Shown: positions 36,092 to 45,371 of the stretch, piece by piece | Layout of the letters: every line of letters starts with the position of its first letter | Numbering within the stretch: the stretch's first letter is position 1 | Assembly (NCBI GenBank): GCA_963696385.1 | Contig: CAVOKF010000005.1 | Span: forward strand, 1,184,001 to 1,248,000 | DNA length: 64,000 bases | DNA from: an uncultured delta proteobacterium | GTDB taxonomy: Bacteria > Myxococcota_A > Polyangia > Polyangiales > Polyangiaceae | Direction: 5' to 3' | Notes under the pieces: generated by a model | Databases searched by the model: none | What the model saw: the letters and a program-made list of their open reading frames with translations, nothing else | Told to the model about the DNA's origin: nothing | Program-made: the position numbers and the translations under genes

Positions 36092-36664
36092 GTTCGCTGA
36101 CTCCGTCGCCCCCGGGCGTCTCAGTCTGGGTGCCCATCCAGCGGAGGCATACGACGAAATCGAACGCCGCGAACACAATCATGAGCAGCGGCCACAAGTC
36201 GTAATGCAAAAATGCGAATGCCGAATAGACGAAGACCCCTACCCAATACAGAGCGAACAGGCGAATGAGGTTAAAGGCGACCAGCGCGCAAAGTCCGACG
36301 ACCAGGGCAACCATTTTCGCCACCACGGTGCCGAGACGGCCAAGACGGCGGCGGAAAAAAGGATGTTGGTCTCCATGGCGTCGCAGCTTTTCACGATCTG
36401 CATCGAGAAGCGCCCGGAGACCGTGTTTCCGTGCGCCGACACGCTCGGATCGAACATCGCGATGGGGACACGCACCATGCGCGTGTACATCCGCAGATAT
36501 TCGGCGGTCCAGCGCTCGATGGTGGACTCACTGGCGCGGGGAAAGTAATAGACGCTCAATAGGCATGCAGCGATGACCGTGAACGCGAGCACGAACCTGG
36601 CTCGACCGTCCTCGGCGAAAGACCACGGACGCGGTCCGACCGCGTTCCGCGAGCGACGGCGCAT
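36078..36664 (-). pseudogene. xrtH: Exosortase (XrtH-like) split by a 1-nt frameshift near 36314-36317 (pseudogene or assembly error)
   Basis: FSMQIVKSCDAME (catalytic Cys) in one frame, FNLIRL (Arg) and FLHYDLWP (His) in the next. One extra A in CGA AAA TGG restores WWRKMVALVVG. Confidence 0.75.
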
Positions 36665-37053
36665 CCCTCGAAGCCCTTGCATTCGAACCACTAGACCGCA
36701 GGGCGACTTGAAACGTGTGTCATCCCGGTGAATTTTCGTTGCGGATGCCTTGGGCATGCCGGCGCCCAGCAACGCCAACGCCAGCGCGGAGAGCGTCCAT
36801 TCATCACGAGCTACCTCGCTGGGACGCCCACCGGCATCCAGGCCGGGCCTTCGCCGGGCCACTGCCGCGCCGGCGGAGAACGGCAGCCAGCCCGGGTTGC
36901 AGCGCCCGTTCGTTATCCTAGACGGGAATGGCGAGCCAGGTCCGGCTCCCATACGGTTGGGACCCCTTGACATCGTCCACTTAAGCGGACATGGTTTGCC
37001 TGTATGCGTCCTGGGATTCGCCGCGTCGGGCCGTTCGAAGGGCTGAAGGGCAC

Positions 37054-37800
37054 ATGAGTACCTTCTTTTTGAGCGAAGAAATCGACCATGGACCGACCCG
37101 CGACAGCCGCGGCCCGACCCCCGTACGCGGCGCGTTACCGCCTCCGGGCGCGTACGTGCTGTCCGGTGTACGAGCGAAACTCGTTTTCCACGGCCCGGAT
37201 GGTGCGTCGGATGCTTTGAATGAAGGGGTTCTGCGCGAGTGGGACGCCCGAGCCGTGCCCATCATCGTGATTGCTGCGAACGGCGACGAGCGCGATCGTG
37301 TGGTGCGGGCTCTCGCCGTTCAACTGGGGGCAGTGGCGCAACACGGAACGGCATCGAGCGACAACGTGATCGAAATCGGAGGACTGCGCATCGACAAAGA
37401 GGCCCACCGCGTCAGCGTGGGCGACGTGCCCATCGCTCTGACCGAACTCGAACTGAAGCTTCTGGTCACGCTGGCGGCCCGGCGGGATCGCGTGCAGGAC
37501 CGCAGCACCCTGTTGACCGACGTTTGGGGGATCAGCGGAGACACCGCAACGCGAACGGTAGACACGCACGTGAAGCGCTTGCGGGGCAAATTGCGGGGCG
37601 CTCGCATCTTCATCGAGAGCGTTCGCGGAGTGGGCTATCGGCTGAGCGAGACCCCGAGCCCGCAGGCCGCAGACATCCGGCAGCGTCCGGATTGTGCGAA
37701 CGACACGCAGTCGCCCTGCGGATCGCTCGCTTCTGCGCGACAGGCCACCCGCGCGGCGGCCGCACCGACGTGTTCGGGCATCGATCCTCGCTCGTCGTAA
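37054..37800 (+). CDS. OmpR/PhoB-type winged-helix regulator with degenerate receiver region
   Basis: LTELELKLL, LLTDVWG, TRTVDTHVKRLRGKL and IESVRGVGYRL. No canonical phospho-acceptor receiver motifs upstream. Confidence 0.8.
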   Translation: MSTFFLSEEIDHGPTRDSRGPTPVRGALPPPGAYVLSGVRAKLVFHGPDGASDALNEGVLREWDARAVPIIVIAANGDERDRVVRALAVQLGAVAQHGTASSDNVIEIGGLRIDKEAHRVSVGDVPIALTELELKLLVTLAARRDRVQDRSTLLTDVWGISGDTATRTVDTHVKRLRGKLRGARIFIESVRGVGYRLSETPSPQAADIRQRPDCANDTQSPCGSLASARQATRAAAAPTCSGIDPRSS

Positions 37801-37953
37801 TGCCGGTGCCACGACTGGCCCGCGACCGGACCCGACGCGAGCCAACGGGTCGGCCCACCACTGAACACTACTGCCGCAGGCAGCGGCAGTGCCAAAACGG
37901 GCGAGGTCTGCCGGGCCCGCGCGGACGACGCGACCCTCGGCAATGCGCGAGCG

Positions 37954-38511
37954 TCATGGGCACCCGTGGGCCCCGCGGGCGACGAAGCCAGCGCCGCGCG
38001 CCACCGAACGCCTCCGCCCATGGGCGATCAGCGCCCATCCCAAGACGGTAAAGACGACGGCGCCTCCCGGCGCCCTCGGAGATCCGGGCGCAATCGAGCC
38101 ACACCCGTGTTGATAGACCGCATCGTTAGTGGCATTGAAAGCGCCTTGATCGAGGTTGGGGTCCGTGCCGTTTTTCAGGTCCGTGATGAGCTGAGGCTCC
38201 GTCGCTTCGATCGCGGTCAGCGCGGGCGCCGCAGTCGCGCTCGCCGTATACGGCATGGCTCCGTTCGCCTGCATGAGGCTGCCGAAGTCGGTGAGCGGTG
38301 TGCCCCCCGGTACCTCGTTCGTGAGGGATTCGTTGACGTGGCAGAGATGGCACCCATCCGGCGGGTCGACCTTCGAAGCGATCCAGTCCGACGGAAGCAT
38401 GAGATAGGCAGCTACCGCGCCCGGAAAGTCGGGCGTCGCCCTCGCGCTTGCGCTCGGAACAAATGTGCCGAAAAACGCGATCGCGACCAGCATCGCTCTC
38501 GGTGTGTTCAT
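37954..38511 (-). CDS. Small secreted monoheme c-type cytochrome with MYXO-CTERM-like anchor
   Basis: Signal peptide ARA|T, CHLCH motif, C-terminal GC + TM + RRR. Confidence 0.75.
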   Translation of the reverse strand: MNTPRAMLVAIAFFGTFVPSASARATPDFPGAVAAYLMLPSDWIASKVDPPDGCHLCHVNESLTNEVPGGTPLTDFGSLMQANGAMPYTASATAAPALTAIEATEPQLITDLKNGTDPNLDQGAFNATNDAVYQHGCGSIAPGSPRAPGGAVVFTVLGWALIAHGRRRSVARGAGFVARGAHGCP

Positions 38512-38551
38512 GCCAGCACCATTTCTACCCTGCCGCGGCACGGCGAGCCTC

Positions 38552-39775
38552 TCAGAGAAACACATGGAACTGAGCGAGCCAGGTGAGCGAACCGACGCGG
38601 CTGGATGGGACCGATACGGTGCCCGCAATGCCCTGGCTCGTGTAGATGCCGTCGAGTCGCAAGTCCACGTGGGGCAGGCAGAACCATACCGCCGACAGCC
38701 AACCGTCCAAGGACGAGGGCTCGTACTCGGCGCCGCTGTTCATGGCTTCGCCGGTGACCATCAGATGGAACCCCTGCACCGACTCGTAATCGGCCTGAAG
38801 GAACGCCGCATAGCCGCCACGGTGCCCGTTCCACGTGAGCGACTGGTACACCGAGTCGGCCTCGGCCAAGAGCACCAGGGGCTGGACGGGCGCGAAGCGC
38901 GCGAACAGTCCGTTGGCATAGCGGTAGTCGGTGACTCCGTAGACGATGTCGCGCGTGGCGCGCGTAAATGAGCTGCTTGCGCCCAGCGCGAACGTGGTGA
39001 TCGGGGCGTACTCGGCATAGGCGCTGTAGCCGCGTTCGCGAAATGCGTCCGGATGGATCTCGAAGTTGCCGGCGATCGCCATCACCTCTCCCCGGAGTTT
39101 GTCCCTGGCGAACGACTGCGACACGCCGTACTCCTGCGAATCATCGAAGTCCGTACGCGTGAGCGAGCGCACCCAAAGCGTGTGCTCGATCATGCGAATG
39201 CCGAAGGGCAGGGCCATTCGCCCCGCACGCAAAAGCCAAGCCCCCTCGTCGTCCAATTCGGCCCCCACCCAATGCTCGCGCGATATGAGGTTGTCGCTGG
39301 GGGTCGAGGTGAGCGACGCGAGCAAATCGCCCTCGGGAACGTAGCCGATGCTTCCGGTCGCGCGAAAGCGGCCGATCTTGATGTCTCCATACAGATCGGC
39401 GCGCATCGTGATGAATTCGTCTTGCAAAGGGACGCCATCGGCCTTGTTGCTGTAGAAGGCCTCGCGAAAGTCGCCCCCCAAGCGCACCTGCCCAGGCAGC
39501 GGCGCGATGAGCCCCCAGAGTAGCGCCGAAGTGCGATCGGCCTCTCCCGAGTCGGAGGCCTCGCCGTAACGCATCCGCAAGAGAAGGTCGCTCTGCGCGC
39601 GCCCGTAATCCGTCAGTGCACCGGCTCCACCGGAAGGATCGGTGTGGCAGGGCATGCAGCTCGTGTACCCGTGGCGGATCATCCACGGGTACGCGTGCGC
39701 GCTCGACGAGAGAAGCAGCAGCGCGAGACACATCCCCAGGGACGATGCCCAGTAAATCGGACGTGGCGCTTTCAT
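38552..39775 (-). CDS. Cytochrome c-porin fusion (N-terminal monoheme + outer-membrane beta-barrel), Cyc2-like architecture
   Basis: Signal AHA|Y followed by YPWMIRHGYTSCMPCH...LTDYGR. Alternating amphipathic strands and terminal WLAQFHVFL. Confidence 0.75.
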   Translation of the reverse strand: MKAPRPIYWASSLGMCLALLLLSSSAHAYPWMIRHGYTSCMPCHTDPSGGAGALTDYGRAQSDLLLRMRYGEASDSGEADRTSALLWGLIAPLPGQVRLGGDFREAFYSNKADGVPLQDEFITMRADLYGDIKIGRFRATGSIGYVPEGDLLASLTSTPSDNLISREHWVGAELDDEGAWLLRAGRMALPFGIRMIEHTLWVRSLTRTDFDDSQEYGVSQSFARDKLRGEVMAIAGNFEIHPDAFRERGYSAYAEYAPITTFALGASSSFTRATRDIVYGVTDYRYANGLFARFAPVQPLVLLAEADSVYQSLTWNGHRGGYAAFLQADYESVQGFHLMVTGEAMNSGAEYEPSSLDGWLSAVWFCLPHVDLRLDGIYTSQGIAGTVSVPSSRVGSLTWLAQFHVFL

Positions 39776-39991
39776 TGAGATTTAGCCACCGGGCCGCGCA
39801 AGCACGCGCACCGAAGAAGCGATGGCCCCATTACGGTCGGACGCCGCCGGTCGGCAAGAGTCTTTTCTGTGACGCTTGCGACACGAACCAGAGGCGCTCG
39901 CGCGGGGCGCATCTCACGGGCTTTGCTGCCCCAAGATCGCCGCGTCCGGGCGGGACGCCCGCCCACCCAACCTCTACGAGGTCGACCGCAA

Positions 39992-40690
39992 CTACGAGGT
40001 CGACCTCAACCGCCTTCGCGCGCCGAACCCCAGCGCCGTCGCAAGAAATGCGATGAGCGCGGCGATCCCGCCGGCGGTTCCCGGTTGGGACACGGAACAG
40101 CCCGTTTGCACAGCGGGCGGCGTCCCTCCCTCGGGAGTGTCGCTCGCTACGCGTTCGGCTCCGGGAGGCTGCGGGGTGTAGAGAAGCTGCGACGTGTCGA
40201 ACAGATTGGTCTGCGCGCGCGACAGGATGCCCTGCATCGTCGCCGCGTCGAGCGTCGGCGCCCGGCTGAGAATCCACAGGTAAGCCCGCGAGGGGTGGCC
40301 GACCACGGCATACTCGTAATTCGACCCGACTTCGAGAATCCAGTAATCCCCCGAGAATCCGCCGACCGTGACCGTCAGCTTCGCCGGCACCGTCGGGTCG
40401 GGCACGCTCGCGACCATCGAAACGGTGTTGAGCACGCCGTTGTCGCTCCCGACGTTGCACTGGTTCACGAAGCTGAGCGTGCCGTCGGACGCCTGAGTGT
40501 AAAAGGCCGTCGTGCCGTAACAGTCGGTCTGGGTGGTCCTTGGCAAACGCGCGATCTCGTACCACTTGCCTTGAAAGCTGGAGAGGTCGACGTTGTCAGC
40601 GACGTCCAAAGGCGGGTTTGCGGCGCAGCCAAGCGCTCCGCACGCGATCGCGACAGTGAGAGCAACGAGCAGGAAGAAGAGACGGCTCAT
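39992..40690 (-). CDS. blc: Bacterial lipocalin (Blc-like) lipoprotein with MYXO-CTERM tail
   Basis: FQGKWYEIARLP, DYWILE..YEYAVVG and YLWILSR. C-terminal TGCSV + TM + RRR. Confidence 0.85.
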   Translation of the reverse strand: MSRLFFLLVALTVAIACGALGCAANPPLDVADNVDLSSFQGKWYEIARLPRTTQTDCYGTTAFYTQASDGTLSFVNQCNVGSDNGVLNTVSMVASVPDPTVPAKLTVTVGGFSGDYWILEVGSNYEYAVVGHPSRAYLWILSRAPTLDAATMQGILSRAQTNLFDTSQLLYTPQPPGAERVASDTPEGGTPPAVQTGCSVSQPGTAGGIAALIAFLATALGFGARRRLRSTS

Positions 40691-40882
40691 CGGGCGGCCC
40701 GAGCGTAACAGCCGTTGGGATTAAAGTGTATCCAGAATGTGAACTCTCAATGACCCTCGCCCGAGAAGCCGCGAGCGGGCCGCGAGCTCGGGTAGGGCGC
40801 CCCACGGGCCGTCCCGATCGACACATGGGGCCCGACCCGGCGCGGCGGAGGCAAGCCTCGTCATCGAGCGGCGGGACCTTCG

Positions 40883-43045
40883 TTACCAGGCAGCCAGAAT
40901 TCCGTCGACGCTTTGCTTCGGTACTGCGAACGTGGCGTTGATTCCCGATACGCGGGCGAAGTACTCCTCGAACGGTCCGATGCGTGTGAGGGCGCCGACC
41001 GTGATGCGCCGGTCGGTCGGCGGTCCACCGCCGCCGTGATTGGAGGCTTCAATCTCGAGGGTCGGTTGGTCGAAACCTTCGCCGGGCAACGGCCCGCCGG
41101 GGTGAACGGCATCCTGGGCGTAGAAGGCGCCGATCGCCCTGGCGAGCTTTTCGTCCGACCCGGAATCGACGTCCTCGTGCGCGTGTGTCAGGTGGCCCCG
41201 CGCGCCGTCGAGCACGCATCGCGCGCCGCCACGCACGAGCGTGAGGCTTGTGAGATCCGCCGGGTCGAGGCGCAAACGCGCCCGGTCGATGGCTGGGTGG
41301 GAGGCCAGTAGACGCAGGGAAGCGGGAGCCACGAGCACCGCGTCCCCGTCGAGGGTCCGCGCGTAATCGCCGCCGTCGTGAGCTCCGCCGAAGATCAAAC
41401 CGACGTGCGCGGCCGTTCCTGCGTCGCCGGCCGACGAAACCGTCAGGACCACCGAACACGGCGCCGGATGTCGGAGGCCGAACGTACCGTCGTCGCTCTC
41501 GGTGATCCAAGCGTCCGCCTTCGCTCGGGCGAAGGCGTCGGCCAGATCGGCGGCGGTGGGCGCATCGGCGGAGAACCCTGCCGGAGCGCGCATCGTCCAC
41601 CGGCCGTCGCGCAGCTCCAACCGCTCGGGTTGCGGCCCGCACGAGTCGTCGATGGCGACGACGTCCGCGGGATCGATGGGTTTCGCCCAGAGGTCTCTCG
41701 TCCGGAGTGCGATCGGATGGGGCTCGAACCGTCGCGCCACCTCGCGCGAAAGCCGCACGACGGCACCGTCGTCGTTTCGGCGTCCGACCGTGATTCCGTC
41801 GGGACTGGCCGCTCCTAAGTCGATGACCTCCGCCGTGCCGCCGGCCGTGCGAACCAACGTGGCGCGCGCGCGGATCGGGAAGTGCTCGCCGGGCCGCGAC
41901 CTGCGCACGTCGATGGCACGGGCCCGCGCGAGATCGCCCAGCAGTGCCTCGGCGGACTCGCTCTCTCCAGGGGTCAGGTCGCGCTCTTCGGGCGCACGCT
42001 CGTGCCACCCGGAACCGCGGCGGGCGAGATCCACACGAGAACCCGCGTCCCCGAGGGATTCGAGGCGCAGCTCTTCGACTTCGTCGCCGTGTGCGGCGAG
42101 GAGGCGGTCGTCGACGAGCGTGTCCGTCACGCTCGTGAGACCGTCGAAGACGTTCTTTGCTACGCATGCCGACAGAGTCGTGGGCTCCGTGCGCGAAACG
42201 ATCACGTCGCTCGCGCGGTTCGGGCAAGGACCACCCACGAGGAGCCGCAGGAGCGGGCGATCGGCGTTCCGAGGCCAGAGCGCTACGGTGAGACGGGCGC
42301 CTGCGGCGGCAACCGTCCGCGCTGGGTCGTCCACGAACGTTTCGACGCGCGCGTCGGCCAGTGCCGCGAAGACGCGGTCGACCGCGGCGCGCGACGCACG
42401 AAGCCCGTCCGTGGCCCCGACGCGGAACCCGCTTTCGCTCCGCTCGAGCGTATAGCTGCCGGTTGCCCCCTCGACCCGAATGCGGGCCACTTCGCTTGAC
42501 CCGTAGGGCACGAGCGTTCGGTCGCGGTAGGTTTCGGCAGTCCGCAGCAATTGCACCTTGAGGGTGCGGCCGACCACGAACGTGCCTTCGCCTTCGATGC
42601 GCAGGTAAGCGGCCCCTTCGGGCCGCGGAGCATCGGCTCCGAGCGCGAACTCGTAGCGGAGCCTTCCGACCGAGACGCTGCCGCGCATACGGGGCGCATC
42701 GAGCCCAGCCGCGTCGGCGTCGGGCACATCGCGGATGCGCTTCGCGAGATCGAGTTCGCGAAGCAAGGCATCGACCATTCCGGAATCGGCGATCTCGCGG
42801 CGCGGCGACGTCAGAAACCACCTCGTCGTGTCGCTCGGATCGCGCTCGAGTACGAGGTTCTCCGTGCCGTGAGTCAGGTCGACCCTGCGCACGTCGTCGA
42901 CGCGAAGGCTCGGAAACAGATCGGTGCGTCGAGCACTTCGATCGGCGTCCGAAACCGTGCCGCGGTCCACCAAGTACGCGTAGGCCGAGGCGCCCGCCGC
43001 GAGCAGGGCCAGAACGACCGGCGTCAGCGCGCTCTGGACCTTCAT
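40883..43045 (-). CDS. DUF4340-repeat membrane-anchored protein (Gld-like ABC accessory)
   Basis: N-terminal TM and repeated GLDAP/FGL..P/GFDQP modules. Last gene of an operon with 4-bp overlaps. Confidence 0.75.
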   Translation of the reverse strand: MKVQSALTPVVLALLAAGASAYAYLVDRGTVSDADRSARRTDLFPSLRVDDVRRVDLTHGTENLVLERDPSDTTRWFLTSPRREIADSGMVDALLRELDLAKRIRDVPDADAAGLDAPRMRGSVSVGRLRYEFALGADAPRPEGAAYLRIEGEGTFVVGRTLKVQLLRTAETYRDRTLVPYGSSEVARIRVEGATGSYTLERSESGFRVGATDGLRASRAAVDRVFAALADARVETFVDDPARTVAAAGARLTVALWPRNADRPLLRLLVGGPCPNRASDVIVSRTEPTTLSACVAKNVFDGLTSVTDTLVDDRLLAAHGDEVEELRLESLGDAGSRVDLARRGSGWHERAPEERDLTPGESESAEALLGDLARARAIDVRRSRPGEHFPIRARATLVRTAGGTAEVIDLGAASPDGITVGRRNDDGAVVRLSREVARRFEPHPIALRTRDLWAKPIDPADVVAIDDSCGPQPERLELRDGRWTMRAPAGFSADAPTAADLADAFARAKADAWITESDDGTFGLRHPAPCSVVLTVSSAGDAGTAAHVGLIFGGAHDGGDYARTLDGDAVLVAPASLRLLASHPAIDRARLRLDPADLTSLTLVRGGARCVLDGARGHLTHAHEDVDSGSDEKLARAIGAFYAQDAVHPGGPLPGEGFDQPTLEIEASNHGGGGPPTDRRITVGALTRIGPFEEYFARVSGINATFAVPKQSVDGILAAW

Positions 43046-44625
43046 CGAGGCCGCTCCTCGGGCTTGCTCGCCTCACGCACGACCTCGTACGGCTTGTCTT
43101 CCGACGACTTCCGCCATGCCCACACGACGGCGCCGAGCAAAGCGGCCGCGAGAGGCATCAGCACGAGAACGTAACGGCGGACTTCGTCCCTGCCCTGCTC
43201 GGAGACTCGGATGCCCGCCGAGACCTCGGCGCGATCGGGCACATCCACGAGGGTCGGTCGTGCGGCCAGCCAAGAGATGGCGCTGTCGACGAAGAACGCG
43301 GTGCCATGCAGGGCTCGGGGTTGCCGCCAATTGTCTTCAGCCATCACGTAGCGACTGCCCACGACCACGACCCGCGGACCGTGCGGATCGGTTGCGGCCA
43401 CGCGCGTGCGTTCGGCGGCCATGGCCAAAACGAAAGGTCCGCCCAGATCGTGCGCGTCGCGCGGCGGCGCTTCGTTCCAGGTCGACGCGCCGGCGAGACT
43501 CGTCTTGGCGAAGGCTCCGTCGCCCGTCACCAAGAGGTCGGCGGCCCAGGGCGCACCCGGCGTCCCCAGCCGCTTTAGCGATCGGGCGTAGAACATCGCG
43601 GTGCGTGGCGGGTGCGCGTCCGCGCCGCTGCCGACGAGGCTCGCCGTGACAGGGTGGGGGCGCGCAGAGACAAAGAACCCTTCGCCGTGGGTGTCCGGAA
43701 CGGCGACGGCAGGGTCGAGGTCGTGCACGAGATCGTCGTCGAGACCGATGCCGAAAGGCGCGAGGGCAGCATCGAGTCCCGCGGCGGCCATGCCCGAGTC
43801 GGTGCTCGCCTCGATCGGGCCTACGGCGGCAAACAAACTTCCGCCTCTCAGGAGCCAGGTCCGAAGCCGATTCGCTTCCTCAGGGCCGAAGGGGGCGCGC
43901 GGTCCGGCGACGACAACCACGCGGCAACCGGTGAAGGGCTCGCGCGCGTCGGGCGCGGCCGTCTCGACACTGGTCAATTCGTAGTTGTCCTTCTGCATCA
44001 GGTCGCGCACACCGCCGAGCCACTCGCTTTCGTCTTTGCCTGGCTCGAGGGACAACTCGCCGTGGCCGACCGTGAAGCACAGCTTCGCTTTCTCGCCGCC
44101 GAACAGACTGCGGATGCCTTGGGTCAGCGCGCGCTCCTCGCGCGGCTTGACGTGGACGTCGTCGGCCTGCTCGACCATGTCGGAGGGCGTCAGAAACCAG
44201 TGCTTGTCGCCGCTCGCGAGGATCACGACCGCGTCGGTGGCGACGCGCCCGTCCTCGGTTCGGCCGGCCTCGAGATTGAAGCGTCGTTCGACGTCCACGA
44301 GCTGCACGGCGTCCCGATCGGGATCGATCCAGTGGACGTCGACGCGCGACGATGCCCCTTGGTAGGCGGTCAGGAGCTGACGCAGACTCGGCTCGAGGGG
44401 GTCGCCCGGCCCGGAGATCGCCCACACGTCGACCGACCGGTCGAGCGCTTGCAGCGTCTCGAGCGTCGCTGGGCTCAGAGACCAGCGCTTGTCCTTGGTC
44501 CAATCCCAGCGAGCGAAGTGCCTCGCCCCCAAGACGTCGACGACGGCGCCGAGCACGACGGCGGCCACGATGCCCAGAAGTTGAAGGGCCTGAGAGCCGT
44601 CCACCGAAACACGGAACGCCTTCAT
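43042..44625 (-). CDS. GldG-like ABC transporter auxiliary component
   Basis: RWDWTKDKRWSLSPAT, IDPDRD, FTVGHGE, VVVVAGP, RVVVVGS and a C-terminal TM. Confidence 0.85.
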   Translation of the reverse strand: MKAFRVSVDGSQALQLLGIVAAVVLGAVVDVLGARHFARWDWTKDKRWSLSPATLETLQALDRSVDVWAISGPGDPLEPSLRQLLTAYQGASSRVDVHWIDPDRDAVQLVDVERRFNLEAGRTEDGRVATDAVVILASGDKHWFLTPSDMVEQADDVHVKPREERALTQGIRSLFGGEKAKLCFTVGHGELSLEPGKDESEWLGGVRDLMQKDNYELTSVETAAPDAREPFTGCRVVVVAGPRAPFGPEEANRLRTWLLRGGSLFAAVGPIEASTDSGMAAAGLDAALAPFGIGLDDDLVHDLDPAVAVPDTHGEGFFVSARPHPVTASLVGSGADAHPPRTAMFYARSLKRLGTPGAPWAADLLVTGDGAFAKTSLAGASTWNEAPPRDAHDLGGPFVLAMAAERTRVAATDPHGPRVVVVGSRYVMAEDNWRQPRALHGTAFFVDSAISWLAARPTLVDVPDRAEVSAGIRVSEQGRDEVRRYVLVLMPLAAALLGAVVWAWRKSSEDKPYEVVREASKPEERPR

Positions 44626-45371
44626 CCCCACCTCCACGCATCGACCGCTCGTGTCGCGACGAACAGCGGCAGGACGATGAGCGTCACGTAAAATACGACG
44701 TGGCGTGAGTCGACCACGCCGCTCGCAAAGTCGTTCATGTGCGCCCACACCGAAACGTAGGCGCAGACGTCGTGCATCACCAATCCTTGCCGAGTCACGA
44801 ACTCGCCGATGCCGAGAATGAAGAGCACCAGAAGAACGAGCGCCGTCCAGATCATGGCCAGAAACTGGGACTGCGTGAGCGCGCTCGCGCAGCAGCCGAG
44901 GGCCAGATACGCGGCGCCCACGAGCCCTATGCCCGTGTAGGCGCTTGCCGCGGCGTGCCAGTCGAGCGTGCCGGTGCGGCCGAGGATCACCAGGTAGAGC
45001 ACCGTCGGCAGCCACATGGCGATGTAGGTCGTCAAGACGGCCGCGTACTTCGCGAGCACGACCGCAGCGCTCGAGACCGGCGCGGTCATCAACGTCTCGA
45101 TGGTGCCGCTCCGACGCTCCTCGGCGAACAGGCGCATGGTCATCGGGGGCACGAGCAAGAAAACAACTAAGTAGAGGAGGACGGTGTTCCCGAAGAATGC
45201 CGACAGAGGCGTCTCGTCGCCGGTCACGTCCGTCTGATGCGCGAAGTGATCGACGAGCAGAAAGAAATGCATTCCCTGCACGATCAAAAACACGACGATG
45301 AGCACCCACGCGAGCGGGGTCACGAAGAACGCAAAGAGCTCGCGTTTGTAGATCGGCCAGAAGGACTTCAT
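44622..45371 (-). CDS. GldF-like ABC-2 permease
   Basis: YKRELFAFFVTPLAW, TMRLFAEERRSGTIETLMTAPV and six hydrophobic segments. Confidence 0.9.
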   Translation of the reverse strand: MKSFWPIYKRELFAFFVTPLAWVLIVVFLIVQGMHFFLLVDHFAHQTDVTGDETPLSAFFGNTVLLYLVVFLLVPPMTMRLFAEERRSGTIETLMTAPVSSAAVVLAKYAAVLTTYIAMWLPTVLYLVILGRTGTLDWHAAASAYTGIGLVGAAYLALGCCASALTQSQFLAMIWTALVLLVLFILGIGEFVTRQGLVMHDVCAYVSVWAHMNDFASGVVDSRHVVFYVTLIVLPLFVATRAVDAWRWG

